Below the pieces are notes generated by a model. It worked only from the letters and a program-made list of their open reading frames with translations. It searched no databases and was not told where the DNA came from. A program made the position numbers and the translations under genes. Below, in pieces: positions 1 to 9,822 of a DNA stretch of 64,000 nucleotides (the first letter of the stretch is position 1; each line of letters begins with the position of its first letter). The stretch comes from a virus. Lineage: Duplodnaviria; Heunggongvirae; Uroviricota; Caudoviricetes; Crassvirales. The DNA lies in IMG/VR virus record IMGVR_UViG_3300035698_016817, positions 1 through 64,000 of that record. One strand, written 5' to 3'.

Positions 1-311
1 AATTATCTTAATGAAAATGCATCGATGAAAGATAAAAAGAACGTCAAAATACTTGTTTCTTTTTCTTTTTCCATTAATCTACTACCAAATATACAGTACG
101 TTCCTGGTTTCTTAATCATCGCATTTCCTTTCATAGGAGTGTTAATGTTTAGGTCTTCCGAGGAAGAAAAAGAATAGTTCTATTCGTTAGTAGTCGTGAG
201 AAAGCGCTAAAATAAGAAGCCATCTTACGCAGATAACAGAATCAAGAATATCAGTGCGGCAAACTGTGATTGCCAAAAATCATTTAAAAACAATACAAAA
301 CAACAATTATC

Positions 312-911
312 ATGGCCTTAAATAAGAATGAGAAAAAAGTTAGTGACATGCTAGATGCACTACAAACCGGACAAACCCTACTTGTAGGAGCCTGGAAAAC
401 GAAAGATCCGTTAAAAGTTCAGCTTGAATTCGCTGAGAAAACTCGACAAGTGGATAGCAATCCAGGGGCCTTGTTGGCGTTGATGAATGCGGATGACCCT
501 CGTTTTTCTACCGGTGCACGTAGATCATGGTTGACTTCAAGTGTTTCTCAAGTTGGGAAAATGTTGAACATCAACGTTGGAGATGATGCTGGTTGGGAAT
601 TGAACGATCAAAGAGACAAAGAAGGTATCTTTCTTGGCGTTTTGAATCCAAAAATCATGGGAAAGCGTATCCGAGTAATTATCTCAGAAACTCTTGTTCC
701 TAATGAGTATCAAGCTAAAAACCTTCAAACATCTGCAAAACGCAAAGGAGCTGAAGGTGAGTTTATCAAGCACAATGGAAAATACATTTTTTCAAATACT
801 GACGTTGCGTTAGTAAATGAAGGGGATACAGTAGAACACGTTCTATTGCAACCAGATGCTTCTTCTGTTGTTGTTGTTACTGATAAAATCAGTGACGAAG
901 TAGGAGATTAA
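312..911 (+). CDS. hypothetical early protein (199 aa), stand-alone gene followed by a strong terminator
   Basis: Complete ORF from six-frame track. No recognisable catalytic motif. Followed by a GC-rich hairpin plus T9 at 1022-1070. Confidence 0.5.
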   Translation: MALNKNEKKVSDMLDALQTGQTLLVGAWKTKDPLKVQLEFAEKTRQVDSNPGALLALMNADDPRFSTGARRSWLTSSVSQVGKMLNINVGDDAGWELNDQRDKEGIFLGVLNPKIMGKRIRVIISETLVPNEYQAKNLQTSAKRKGAEGEFIKHNGKYIFSNTDVALVNEGDTVEHVLLQPDASSVVVVTDKISDEVGD

Positions 912-1021
912 GAATCAAGTAAGTCGCCAATGAAAAATACTTGTGGGCCTGTACAGGTCCTAATGTCCAGGCGACAGGGATGTTAAAGCGCAATCGTTGT
1001 GTAAGATTATGGTGATCATTA

Positions 1022-1070
1022 GAGGGTGGAGATAGAGTCGGCAACGAGCTCTTCCACCCTCTTTTTTTTT
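1022..1070 (+). terminator. rho-independent terminator
   Basis: GAGGGTGGA...TCCACCCTC inverted repeat followed by TTTTTTTTT, directly seen in sequence. Confidence 0.75.
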
Positions 1071-1086
1071 CAAAACAACTTAAGAA

Positions 1087-1311
1087 ATGCAAGACGCAGC
1101 AGGAAACGAATTTAAAAGAAACGATTTAGTTGGCTTTGTAAAAGGAGGTAAAAGAAACGCTTTAATTGTTTTAGGTAGAGTTCAATATTTTACTCCTTTA
1201 AAAGTCAAGATTAGATTGTGTGAGCCCGGTTATTCTGGTAGATACACTGCGAGATTTCCAAGTAATATGGTAAAGGTTTTCAAAAACAAACACGCAAAAA
1301 ATGATTTATAA
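1087..1311 (+). CDS. hypothetical small basic protein (74 aa)
   Basis: ORF immediately after the terminator. Its stop overlaps the ligase start. Confidence 0.4.
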   Translation: MQDAAGNEFKRNDLVGFVKGGKRNALIVLGRVQYFTPLKVKIRLCEPGYSGRYTARFPSNMVKVFKNKHAKNDL

Positions 1312-2374
1312 GAAAGATTCAAAAGGAAAAATCCGAACTCTTGAAATTTACTCTAACGGAGGAGAAATTGTTCAAGTTTCAGGACTTGAAAACGGTAAAA
1401 AAGTTACAAATATAAGTCAGTGTCAACCTAAAAATGAAGGAAAGGCAAACGCTACAACAGCAGAACAACAGGCTTGTAAAGAAGTAAAGGCCAAGTTAAT
1501 TAAGAAGCTTAATGAAGGTTATTTTGCTTTAAGAGAATACGCTACAAAAACCCTAGTTATAGCTCCAATGCTTGCAAAAGTTTACGGTAAAGAATCAAGT
1601 AAAATCAATTGGGATGAAGGAGTGTTCGTTCAACCTAAGCTTGATGGTATGAGAAGTTTGGGCATCAAGGATAGCTATCTTGAATCTCGTCTGGGGAATA
1701 AAATAGAGAACCTCGATCATCTTTATGTTCAACTGAATTATTTGAGAATGATAATGCCTAATACAATTCCTGATGGAGAATTGTACTCTCACGGTCGTTC
1801 TTTTCAAAATAACATGAAGATCATCAAGAAGTTTCGTGATGGAGAAAGTCAACAAGTTAATTACCATCTGTACGACTGTATTACTTCTAAGCCTTATGGT
1901 TTTGAAGAAAGATATGAGTATTTGAAAAAAGCACTTAAATCAAGTCAAGTATTTTCTTCAATTAAGCTTGTTCCAACTGTTAAAGTTCACAGTGAAGAAG
2001 AAATCATGGAGCTACATCAGAAGTACATCGGTCTAGGTTACGAAGGAACGATTGTAAGACACGGTAACGACCCTTACAAATTAAATGGTCGTAGTTCTTC
2101 ATTGCTGAAACTTAAGACGTTTCTAGACTCTCAACACAAGGTTGTTGATGTAGAACCTTCAGACTCTAGACCAGAACAAGGAGTGATTGTTTGCTACTCT
2201 GAGAAAAGCAATATGCTATTCAAAGCAAGTTTAGCGATGTCTCATAAGGAAAGAAGAGAAGTGCTTAAAAACAAAGAGAACTACATTGGCCAGTTGGCTG
2301 AGATAAGATACTTTGAAGAAACTGATCAAGGCTTGCCTAGATTTCCAGTGTGTCACGGTTTTAGAAACGACTAA
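1301..2374 (+). CDS. ATP-dependent DNA ligase
   Basis: Nucleotidyltransferase motif I KLDGMR with active-site Lys codon at 1637-1639. Downstream motifs are EGTIVRH (motif IV-like) and LLKLK (motif V-like). 357 aa, typical of phage ATP ligases. Confidence 0.85.
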   Translation: MIYKKDSKGKIRTLEIYSNGGEIVQVSGLENGKKVTNISQCQPKNEGKANATTAEQQACKEVKAKLIKKLNEGYFALREYATKTLVIAPMLAKVYGKESSKINWDEGVFVQPKLDGMRSLGIKDSYLESRLGNKIENLDHLYVQLNYLRMIMPNTIPDGELYSHGRSFQNNMKIIKKFRDGESQQVNYHLYDCITSKPYGFEERYEYLKKALKSSQVFSSIKLVPTVKVHSEEEIMELHQKYIGLGYEGTIVRHGNDPYKLNGRSSSLLKLKTFLDSQHKVVDVEPSDSRPEQGVIVCYSEKSNMLFKASLAMSHKERREVLKNKENYIGQLAEIRYFEETDQGLPRFPVCHGFRND

Positions 2375-2955
2375 TGGAAGTCATCGTAATTGAGAATATA
2401 ACCTGGATATTCAGGTATGCTGAAAACGATGACATTAATTTCTTAGGAGAGCCTTCTGTTAAAATTCCTAAAAACATGATTAAGCGTTTTGTCAAAGAGT
2501 GTAAGTGGAACGAATTAAACGTTCCTCCACACTATCATCAGGAAGATTTAAACAATGGACTTGATTTTAAATCTGACTTCATAATGGATAATCCTGACTC
2601 TTTGATTGTTTTAATGAATTGGCTGCATAAGAAGAAAAGAAAGTATGTTTTAGATTATAAAGGAACAGATCCTTTTTGGATTTATCATGACTACTTCCAT
2701 AGTAAAAACGATGTGTACGGAACGCAAGTCAATGGAATAACTGGTCATGTAGAACATGCTCGAATATTTCAAGGTCTCGCTATGGCTGAAGAAGCAGGTG
2801 TTATGCCTAAGGTTGAAACATTAGCTCAGCTTTGTAAATCTTGGGAAAGAAGATTTCCAGAAATTTATCTTAATAAAGAAGACTTTCATATCTACATAAA
2901 AGAAGAAGAATTAGAAATGTTTGAAATTATGTCGATTGATTTTGAAGACAATTAA
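2374..2955 (+). CDS. hypothetical protein (193 aa)
   Basis: ORF. Start overlaps the ligase stop (ATGA-type coupling). No motif recognised. Confidence 0.5.
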   Translation: MEVIVIENITWIFRYAENDDINFLGEPSVKIPKNMIKRFVKECKWNELNVPPHYHQEDLNNGLDFKSDFIMDNPDSLIVLMNWLHKKKRKYVLDYKGTDPFWIYHDYFHSKNDVYGTQVNGITGHVEHARIFQGLAMAEEAGVMPKVETLAQLCKSWERRFPEIYLNKEDFHIYIKEEELEMFEIMSIDFEDN

Positions 2956-2973
2956 CAAATTAAAATTATCAAT

Positions 2974-3597
2974 ATGAAAGTATCATTTTCTGGTCCAGAG
3001 GACACAGTTGAAAGACTGGCTGAAATAGAAGCTTTGCTTCCAAAAATAGATTTCATTAAGTCTATAATTGAGCCTGCAATCTTAGATAGGATGACTCCTA
3101 TTTTCGTTAAAGCGTTGAGAGCTGAACTTGAAGTTTACAGGGCTTACCCTAAAAGAACTGGAGATCCTCGCTTGATGATTAAATCGTTTGACCCAAGATC
3201 AAACAAAAGTTGCTTTATGGGCAAGGCTTTTAAAGCCAACCATCACATAACTGATATTGAGCTTGACAAGTATCGCAAAGCAATCGGAACTATTAATCAC
3301 CCAATGTGGGGAAAAGTAACGCTGCTTGAGATATGGGGTGGAGACCATTTTGTAGACTATAATTCAATGGTTCTTGCTGCTTTTAAGTATGGAATGGGAA
3401 TCAATAAGAATTGTCCAACATTAAAGTTTCATGTGAATCCTTTGTACGTCAATAAAAACACAGGGAAAACAGTTCTTGATGAAGAACAAAAGCAATACTT
3501 AAAAGATTTGAATTTGTTGCATGCTCAAGCAGAAGTTTTTGGTGCTCGAACACTAAAAGAAGCCAATGCTGCGGAGAATAAAAAAAGAAGAAGATAG
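2974..3597 (+). CDS. hypothetical protein (207 aa)
   Basis: ORF with no motif recognised. Confidence 0.5.
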   Translation: MKVSFSGPEDTVERLAEIEALLPKIDFIKSIIEPAILDRMTPIFVKALRAELEVYRAYPKRTGDPRLMIKSFDPRSNKSCFMGKAFKANHHITDIELDKYRKAIGTINHPMWGKVTLLEIWGGDHFVDYNSMVLAAFKYGMGINKNCPTLKFHVNPLYVNKNTGKTVLDEEQKQYLKDLNLLHAQAEVFGARTLKEANAAENKKRRR

Positions 3598-3602
3598 TTT
3601 TT

Positions 3603-3986
3603 ATGGCTAGAAAATTCAAGCAGCCTGTAAAAGACATTACAAGCGAAATTAAATTCACAGAGTTGTACGACAGTGAAGAAACCATAAGGTTAAATCCTTT
3701 CAAAATAAACGGAAACACCTTTAAAATAATTGGAACTGAAAAGTCAGTTAAAAATAGGTGGCTTCATCGTGTTTTGTGTGTAGAAACTGGAAAGGTTTCT
3801 CTCACTGCCGACAACTCTATTAAAGACAAAGTAATAATGGCAAAGCAAAAAAAAGCAGTTCCATTGATACCCGTAAAGAAGAAAGACAAACTAATTCCTA
3901 ATCCTACAATTGAGGAGCATAGAAAGAAGTTTCCAAATCAATCAAACATTTTCAGCATAATCCCGGACATAAAGAAAAACCCATGA
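3603..3986 (+). CDS. hypothetical basic protein (127 aa)
   Basis: ORF that is Lys-rich. Confidence 0.45.
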   Translation: MARKFKQPVKDITSEIKFTELYDSEETIRLNPFKINGNTFKIIGTEKSVKNRWLHRVLCVETGKVSLTADNSIKDKVIMAKQKKAVPLIPVKKKDKLIPNPTIEEHRKKFPNQSNIFSIIPDIKKNP

Positions 3987-4201
3987 GCGATAAAAAATTA
4001 AGAGATCATTTTGCAGGTCAAGCCATGCTTGGCTTTATGATTAATGATACAATGATGAAACAGCTTGAAGGCCTTCACAAAGGAGTTGAAAAGCTGACTA
4101 AATCACATGTTGATTTTAGTGAGTTTTTAGCAGTTTCTTGCTACAGCATGGCAGACGCTATGATTAAAGGGAGAAAAGATATAGATAAGAATGAAACTTG
4201 A
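3983..4201 (+). CDS. hypothetical protein (72 aa)
   Basis: Short ORF translationally coupled to its neighbours on both sides. Confidence 0.4.
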   Translation: MSDKKLRDHFAGQAMLGFMINDTMMKQLEGLHKGVEKLTKSHVDFSEFLAVSCYSMADAMIKGRKDIDKNET

Positions 4202-5528
4202 AGGACTCACCGAAAGAGATATAGTTCAAGAGCATGTTATTGACCTTTTAGAAAAAGATCAATACAGGGGAACTTTTATAGCTGGTACTGGATTTGGTAA
4301 GAGTAGAGTAATTGTAAAAACACTCTTGCGTATGGTTACGCAAATCAAAGTAAATAAGATACTGATTCTAGTTCCCTTTGACCACTTAAAGGATAGATTT
4401 AAAGACGAGTTCTGCAAGATTTTAGGTGTACGTAAAGGAAGATTGTTTGTTAAAAAATTCATTGACTTACAATGCTACGCTTCTATTCCAAAATTGGATC
4501 CACTAGACTACAACAGGATTATTTGTGACGAAATACACCTTGGTTTAACTGAAAAGTGTGAATCTTTTTATCAAAAAGCTAGGACTGGTGGTGTGCGGAT
4601 GATTTTCTGTACTGCAACAGTTCCGGAAGATGGAAGAATGAGAATGATTATGACCAATATGGCTCCAATCAGATTCACTATCACATTGGATGAATGCGTT
4701 GAGCGTGGATTTGTTTCTTCTTACACAATTGAGTGTGTAGCATTGAACCTTACTGACGGAGAACGCGAGCAATACGAAACAGTCAACAAGAACTTTGTCT
4801 ATTGGAAAAGTAAGCTGGTTGAATGTTCTACTGAAGAGCCTGATGGGTTATTAAAGCTTTTAAATCCTCAAGCTACAGTTTATGTGGACGCGTTTTCTGA
4901 AGCAAATAAAATTGTAGGAAAGAAAGGACAGTTTACTGCAGAACAATACAGGGCTGCAGCAGGATTTTTTAGAGCTATTAAGCAAAGAAAAGGCTTGATT
5001 GATCACGCAGTCAATAAGATTCAAATGGCTAAAATTTACGGGGCTATCACCAAAAAGAAAGGTGGTCGCATGCTTGTATTTGGAGGGGACAATCAATTTA
5101 CAAACAGGATAGCTAAGGAGTTACCTGGTTCTGTTGTTTATCATTCAAAGCTTGGAGTAAAAGTCAGGAGAAGTTCTCTTCAGGCGTTTCGTGATGGCTC
5201 AGCTTGGGTCTTATGTAGCACAAAAGCTCTGAATCAAGGTTTGGATGTTCCAGACGCTGACACGGGCTTAATATGCGGTCTTACGAGTAAGACAAACACA
5301 ATGATTCAACGTATTGGAAGATTGGTAAGGATTGATCCTAATAATCCTGACAAATGTGGCGTAATCAAGATCCTCTATGTGGAAAATTCACAAGAGCAAA
5401 AATGGCTTGAGAACGCTTTAAAAACAGTTTCAACAAAAAGAATCAAATGGACAGACGCGAAAGAATTTCTGGATTCTTTAAACTCAAAAAAGAAACGGAA
5501 ACCACGTCCAAAGCAGCCAAAACCTTAA
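4191..5528 (+). CDS. SF2 DNA helicase (DExH; UvsW/ResIII-like)
   Basis: Motif I AGTGFGKS, motif II DEIH, motif III TAT (FCTATV), motif VI QRIGRLVR. Basic C-terminal tail. Confidence 0.8.
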   Translation: MKLEGLTERDIVQEHVIDLLEKDQYRGTFIAGTGFGKSRVIVKTLLRMVTQIKVNKILILVPFDHLKDRFKDEFCKILGVRKGRLFVKKFIDLQCYASIPKLDPLDYNRIICDEIHLGLTEKCESFYQKARTGGVRMIFCTATVPEDGRMRMIMTNMAPIRFTITLDECVERGFVSSYTIECVALNLTDGEREQYETVNKNFVYWKSKLVECSTEEPDGLLKLLNPQATVYVDAFSEANKIVGKKGQFTAEQYRAAAGFFRAIKQRKGLIDHAVNKIQMAKIYGAITKKKGGRMLVFGGDNQFTNRIAKELPGSVVYHSKLGVKVRRSSLQAFRDGSAWVLCSTKALNQGLDVPDADTGLICGLTSKTNTMIQRIGRLVRIDPNNPDKCGVIKILYVENSQEQKWLENALKTVSTKRIKWTDAKEFLDSLNSKKKRKPRPKQPKP

Positions 5529-5558
5529 TTCAACTTAGTAAAGAGTCTGGAATTGTAG

Positions 5559-6011
5559 TTGTGTTTGAGTCAAAACTCAAGCGTGACCCAGAATACCTAT
5601 TTGAAGAAGAGAAACACCCTGCTTTGCACATGTACGAACAAAAACAACTTGAATATGAAGAATCCAACATTAGTGCTAGCTTCAACGGGGGAGAAGAAGC
5701 TTAGATTAACTTACCCTCAGAGGTTACTTCTTCAGCTTATCAGGAAGAAATTATTGGATAGCATGTCTATCACTAAACGTGATATTGCTCTCCTTTATAT
5801 TAACGCAGTAAAGAAGAAGAAATTTTACGTTTGGCAAGAATTAATATACAGCCATCATAAAGATTCTTACTACTACACAGGTAAGTCGTCAATAGTAAGA
5901 TGGATAGATGACCCTAAGATTTACGTAACGGCACAAAGATGGTTTAAGTCCAATATTGGAGCCTGCATAGTGAAAGGAAAGGTGCTTATCTTACCTGAAA
6001 TTGAAGTTTAA
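5559..6011 (+). CDS. hypothetical protein; true start probably the internal ATG near 5655 (MKNPTLV...)
   Basis: ORF overlaps the alternative-frame ORF 5447..5704, so the start is uncertain. Confidence 0.35.
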   Translation: MCLSQNSSVTQNTYLKKRNTLLCTCTNKNNLNMKNPTLVLASTGEKKLRLTYPQRLLLQLIRKKLLDSMSITKRDIALLYINAVKKKKFYVWQELIYSHHKDSYYYTGKSSIVRWIDDPKIYVTAQRWFKSNIGACIVKGKVLILPEIEV

Positions 6012-6016
6012 TTAAC

Positions 6017-6556
6017 ATGCTTATTGAGATCAACACGAACTTTCTCAAGAACATTGGTATGTCTCCAATGGAGTACATTTTTCTAATGCATTTGCATAAA
6101 AACGAAAAGTGTGCTTGGGACATGCCATACAAATCAGCTTTGTCTCTTCAAGAAAGAGGCTATTTGAAAATCGTCGAAATGGACGGAAAGAAAACAGCTG
6201 TTGTACGAGCCAAGTTTGCAGACCTAATTGAAGGAGACTTTGATAAGATGTTTGCAGAGTTGTGTTCGACGTATCCATCTAAAGTGGGTACGGTACATAA
6301 TTACCGTGCATTGCACCCAAGAGATCCTGACGCCCAAGGCAACAAGATTTCAAAGGCGCGATACAAGAAGATCGTTGATGGGAAACCCCAAAAACACGCT
6401 CTCATCATGAAGGCTTTAGACAGCCAACTCAAAGCGCAGAGAAGCAAATTGGACTTCCTACAGCTTTTAGAAGTTTGGATAAACAAAGCCACGTGGGATA
6501 ATTGGATGGATTTTGAAGAAGAAATAGATGACACTCGCAGAACAACTGTCTTTTGA
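6017..6556 (+). CDS. hypothetical protein, possibly helicase-associated (loader or DNA-binding)
   Basis: 179-aa ORF whose stop overlaps the start of the DnaB-like helicase gene. Functional guess rests on position only. Confidence 0.45.
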   Translation: MLIEINTNFLKNIGMSPMEYIFLMHLHKNEKCAWDMPYKSALSLQERGYLKIVEMDGKKTAVVRAKFADLIEGDFDKMFAELCSTYPSKVGTVHNYRALHPRDPDAQGNKISKARYKKIVDGKPQKHALIMKALDSQLKAQRSKLDFLQLLEVWINKATWDNWMDFEEEIDDTRRTTVF

Positions 6557-7478
6557 AGCTATACTGAGGCAAGAGAAGTTTCAAAACATGCAGAATGCAG
6601 CTAGGCAAGCTATAGCTGTTGTTGATGATGCTAGACAAGGTCGAAGGGTTTTCTTTCCTACTAAGTGGCCCAGACTAAATCGTCAACTACTAGGAGGTTT
6701 GATTCCTGGTAAGTTGTACATCATTGCTGGAAGGCCTGGCGTTGGTAAATCTGCATTCTCAAATCAAATGGTGTTTGACATGTTGGATCATGTTAAAGCA
6801 CTCGGAAAAGATGTTGTCGTATTGTATTGGTCATTTGAAATGCCTGGTTATGAGCAGATCCTGAGGGACGCAGCGAAAGACACCAGGCTAGACACGATGA
6901 GCTTATACTCTGTAGACAAAGCGTTAGACGCAAAACAATTCGAGGCTTTTAAGAAATCGGTAGCAACCAAATTTGGTTACCCGGTTTATTTCATGAACAG
7001 AACAAAAGAGGCCTCAGAGATAGAGAGAATCTGTACTGACCTCACAGCTGCTTCTCCAAAGACGGTGATCATAAACTTATTTGATCACTCAAGATTAATT
7101 CCGCAGAAAGCGGAGAAGTCTGAAATGGAAAGATTAAACACGCTGTCAAAAACCTGCATGAGAATGCAGTCAAATCTTGGAACCTTGAACATCCTTTTGT
7201 CTCAACTTAACAGAGAGATAGAGAAGGAACATAGGGCCAAGAATCAGTATCAACCAATGCTTACCGACCTTTTCGGAGGGGATAGCGTTGGTCAAGATGC
7301 GCAAGTAGTAATGATGTTGCAAAGACCTGGCGACCTCTACAACATTACCGATAAGTATTGTGGTCAGGAGCCAAAAGGGTTGCTGGCTTGCCACATTGAG
7401 AAGAACAGGCAAGGAGGATTGGGAATGGTTCCTTTTGAGTTTGATGGTTCAACATTCACAATAAAAGAAAGAAAATAA
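6528..7478 (+). CDS. DnaB-like replicative helicase (RecA-fold C-terminal ATPase domain)
   Basis: Walker A AGRPGVGKS, as in DnaB ARPxMGKT. Walker B-like IINLFDHS. Arg-finger region RQGGLG. Confidence 0.7.
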   Translation: MTLAEQLSFEAILRQEKFQNMQNAARQAIAVVDDARQGRRVFFPTKWPRLNRQLLGGLIPGKLYIIAGRPGVGKSAFSNQMVFDMLDHVKALGKDVVVLYWSFEMPGYEQILRDAAKDTRLDTMSLYSVDKALDAKQFEAFKKSVATKFGYPVYFMNRTKEASEIERICTDLTAASPKTVIINLFDHSRLIPQKAEKSEMERLNTLSKTCMRMQSNLGTLNILLSQLNREIEKEHRAKNQYQPMLTDLFGGDSVGQDAQVVMMLQRPGDLYNITDKYCGQEPKGLLACHIEKNRQGGLGMVPFEFDGSTFTIKERK

Positions 7479-7496
7479 TAACTAAAAATTGAAAAC

Positions 7497-8993
7497 ATGA
7501 TGTATGGTTTAGCTTTTGGAGGAATGATATTACTTGGCGTAATAGGCGTTTTCCTTTTTTACATTTTAATCCTTAGAAGAATTGTCCCTACAAACGAAGT
7601 TCACATCGTTCAAAGAGGCAAGAGTACGACTTCTTACGGAGTTGGTAAAGAGAGTAATGTTTATTACGAATTGCCTGCTTGGTTGCCTATTTGGGGAGTT
7701 GCAGTAAGGAAGTTGCCTGTTTCGAATTTTGACATTGCGCTTAGTGGATATGAAGCTTATGATCAAGACAAAGTTCCTTTTGAAACTGACGTTGTATCTT
7801 TCTTTCACATCTCAGATTCAACCGTTGCTTCTTCTAAAGTTGAGGATTTTGGACAGCTCAAATTACAGCTCAAGACTATCGTTCAAGGCGCTATTAGATC
7901 AATTCTTGCTAACGCTCCTATTGAAACTATTATGGAAGAGAGAGCTACGTTTGGTAAGCAGTTTACTGACGCAGTTAAGGAAGATCTTGCAAATTGGGGG
8001 GTTTCTACAACCAAGAACATTGAGTTGATGGATGTTCGTGACGCTCATGGATCACAAGTAATTGAGCAAATTCAAGCTAAAAGAATGTCTGCTATTGAAT
8101 CTGATTCTAGGAAAGAAGTTGCTAAGAACAATCAAGAAGCTGAACAAGCAGAACTTGAATCTAAAAAAGAAGTCTCTGTGAAAGAAGCAACCGCTCAGAG
8201 AGAAGCAGGCGAAGCTAAAGCTGAGTCTGATCAGGCTATTGGTATAGCTAATGCAACAGCAAATCAAAAAGCTGGTGTAGCTAATCAAGAAGCTGAATCA
8301 GCCATTGCTAAATCGGCCGCAGACACGGAAGAGAATAGAATGGCCGTTATCAGAATTACGCAGATTCGTCAAAAAGAGATTGACAGGGCAGCTGCTATAA
8401 TTCAAGCAGATCTTGAAAGAAAGCAATTAGAGATTAATGCTGATGCAAACAAGTACAATATTGAAACTCAAGCTAAAGCTGACAAATTCAATATTGAAAC
8501 TAGAGCAGAAGCCGCTCTTAAAGAGGCTAATCTTACTGCTGAAGGTATTCGGTCTATTGGTAGATCTGAAGCTTCTGTTGTTGAAGCTAATGGTCTTGCT
8601 GTTGCTGTTTCTACAAGAGAGCAAGGGCTTGCAAGAGTTGCTGCAGAAATTACTTTGTCTCAGAAAATTGGTGAGAACAAGGAGTATCAAGACTATTTGA
8701 TCCGAATAGAAGAAGTGAAGGTGACCCAAATAGTTGGCGTTGCTGAAGCTGAAGCTAAAGGAATAGCGCTTGCTTCTGCAGACCTTAAAGTCTTAGTAAA
8801 CAGTGGAGATGTTCAAACTGGATTAAACGGTTTCCAAGACATTCTTTCTTCAAAAGGAGGAAGTCAAATGAATGGCGTTCTTGAAGCCTTAGAGCAGACT
8901 CCAATGGGAGGAAAGCTTATGAGTTTCTTGAACAGTATTCCTGATGTAGTGAAAACTAAAGCCAAGGAAAAAGTAACAAAAGCGGTTAAATAA
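7497..8993 (+). CDS. SPFH/band-7 (flotillin/YqiK-like) membrane protein
   Basis: N-terminal TM helix (GGMILLGVIGVFLFYILIL) followed by a PHB-like domain, then a roughly 250-aa Ala/Glu/Gln/Lys-rich coiled coil with internal repeats (KYNIETQAKADKFNIETRAE). Confidence 0.65.
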   Translation: MMYGLAFGGMILLGVIGVFLFYILILRRIVPTNEVHIVQRGKSTTSYGVGKESNVYYELPAWLPIWGVAVRKLPVSNFDIALSGYEAYDQDKVPFETDVVSFFHISDSTVASSKVEDFGQLKLQLKTIVQGAIRSILANAPIETIMEERATFGKQFTDAVKEDLANWGVSTTKNIELMDVRDAHGSQVIEQIQAKRMSAIESDSRKEVAKNNQEAEQAELESKKEVSVKEATAQREAGEAKAESDQAIGIANATANQKAGVANQEAESAIAKSAADTEENRMAVIRITQIRQKEIDRAAAIIQADLERKQLEINADANKYNIETQAKADKFNIETRAEAALKEANLTAEGIRSIGRSEASVVEANGLAVAVSTREQGLARVAAEITLSQKIGENKEYQDYLIRIEEVKVTQIVGVAEAEAKGIALASADLKVLVNSGDVQTGLNGFQDILSSKGGSQMNGVLEALEQTPMGGKLMSFLNSIPDVVKTKAKEKVTKAVK

Positions 8994-9052
8994 TCGTATC
9001 TTTAAGAGGCAAAATAACCCCGGTATCTAGAAAGGTATCGGGGTTCATTGTC

Positions 9053-9082
9053 TATTATAAACTAGTAAACACACGACAAATG
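9053..9082 (+). promoter_or_regulatory. conserved start-proximal element TATAAAC...AAACACACGACAAATG (site 1 of 3)
   Basis: Shared with the sites at 9790-9822 and 16129-16172. Motif TATAAA(C/T), then 17-22 nt, then ATG, with the core A(C/T)ACGAC(T/A)A(T/A)ATG. Confidence 0.45.
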
Positions 9083-9796
9083 GCAAACGAAGTATTAGTA
9101 ATTGGCAACTCAGGAAGTGGAAAATCCACAAGCTATGAGCATTTAAATCCTAAAGAGACTTTTATTGTCAACGTAGGTAAGAAACCGCTTCCGTTTAAAG
9201 GATGGAAAAAGAATTACAACAATTTCAGCAAGTCTAACCCCAAAGGGAACTATTTAGAGACAGACGATGCTTCATTGATTTGTAATGCAATGGCTTACGT
9301 TGACAAAAATCGCCCTGAAATCAAGAACTTCCTTGTTGACGATGGACAGTACATCATGGCGAATGAATTCATGCGTAAAGCAAATGAAAAAGGGTATCAG
9401 AAATTCACTGATATTGCTTCTCACATGTGGAAGGTGGTTACTACCGGAAAGGCCATGCGTGAAAACATAAACTTTATTTTGGTAGGTCACGCTGACACAT
9501 CTACTGACGTTGATGGAAAAACAACTACAAGGTTCAAAACGGTTGGAAAGCTGGTTGACAATGTGGTCAACATCGAAGGCATGTTTACCGTAGTTCTTTT
9601 TACAGAAGTGAAAGTAGAACCAAACAAGACTATCAGTCATTCATTCCTGACTCAGACAGACGGCACCAATACTGCCAAAAGTCCTCGTGGCATGTTCCCA
9701 GAACTTAAGATTGAAAACGATCTTAACTATGTGATAAACACAGCGAATGCATATTACAACGATGACACAGTTGTAACAGAAACAGAATTAGTATAA
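9080..9796 (+). CDS. P-loop ATPase, Sak4-like (RecA-core recombination ATPase) candidate
   Basis: Walker A at the extreme N-terminus (VIGNSGSGKST) and Walker B-like FLVDDGQ. About 240 aa and sited near an SSB-like gene, as is typical for Sak4. Confidence 0.5.
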   Translation: MANEVLVIGNSGSGKSTSYEHLNPKETFIVNVGKKPLPFKGWKKNYNNFSKSNPKGNYLETDDASLICNAMAYVDKNRPEIKNFLVDDGQYIMANEFMRKANEKGYQKFTDIASHMWKVVTTGKAMRENINFILVGHADTSTDVDGKTTTRFKTVGKLVDNVVNIEGMFTVVLFTEVKVEPNKTISHSFLTQTDGTNTAKSPRGMFPELKIENDLNYVINTANAYYNDDTVVTETELV

Positions 9797-9822
9797 ATCA
9801 GTATCAAACATACACGACTATG
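9790..9822 (+). promoter_or_regulatory. conserved start-proximal element (site 2 of 3)
   Basis: AGTATAAATCAGTATCAAACATACACGACTATG. Confidence 0.45.

Noticed and set aside
1595-1867. Antisense 90-aa ORF inside the DNA ligase gene. Similar antisense or alternate-frame ORFs occur elsewhere, for example at 3449-3718, 4259-4462, 6045-6278, 7729-8028, 8437-8700, 31260-31509 and 45049-45349.
   Set aside because: Fully embedded in longer, motif-supported ORFs on the opposite strand or in another frame. Low-complexity translations typical of shadow ORFs in AT-rich DNA.
2374-2955. HD-domain (DatZ-like) or MazG-like partner for the PurZ hypothesis among small + strand ORFs, for example 2374-2955 and 19958-20329.
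   Set aside because: Isolated HD dipeptides and E-rich helices are present, but no H...HD...D or EExxE...D motif spacing was convincing by eye.
5447-5704. 85-aa ORF overlapping the helicase 3' end and the next ORF.
   Set aside because: Overlaps two other frames. More parsimonious that the downstream gene starts at the internal ATG near 5655.
8995-9050. Hairpin-like CCCCGG...CGGGG element after the SPFH gene as a terminator.
   Set aside because: Stem only 5-6 bp with a 14-nt loop and a weak T-tract. Likely not an efficient terminator, though it may be part of the upstream context of the conserved start element at 9053.
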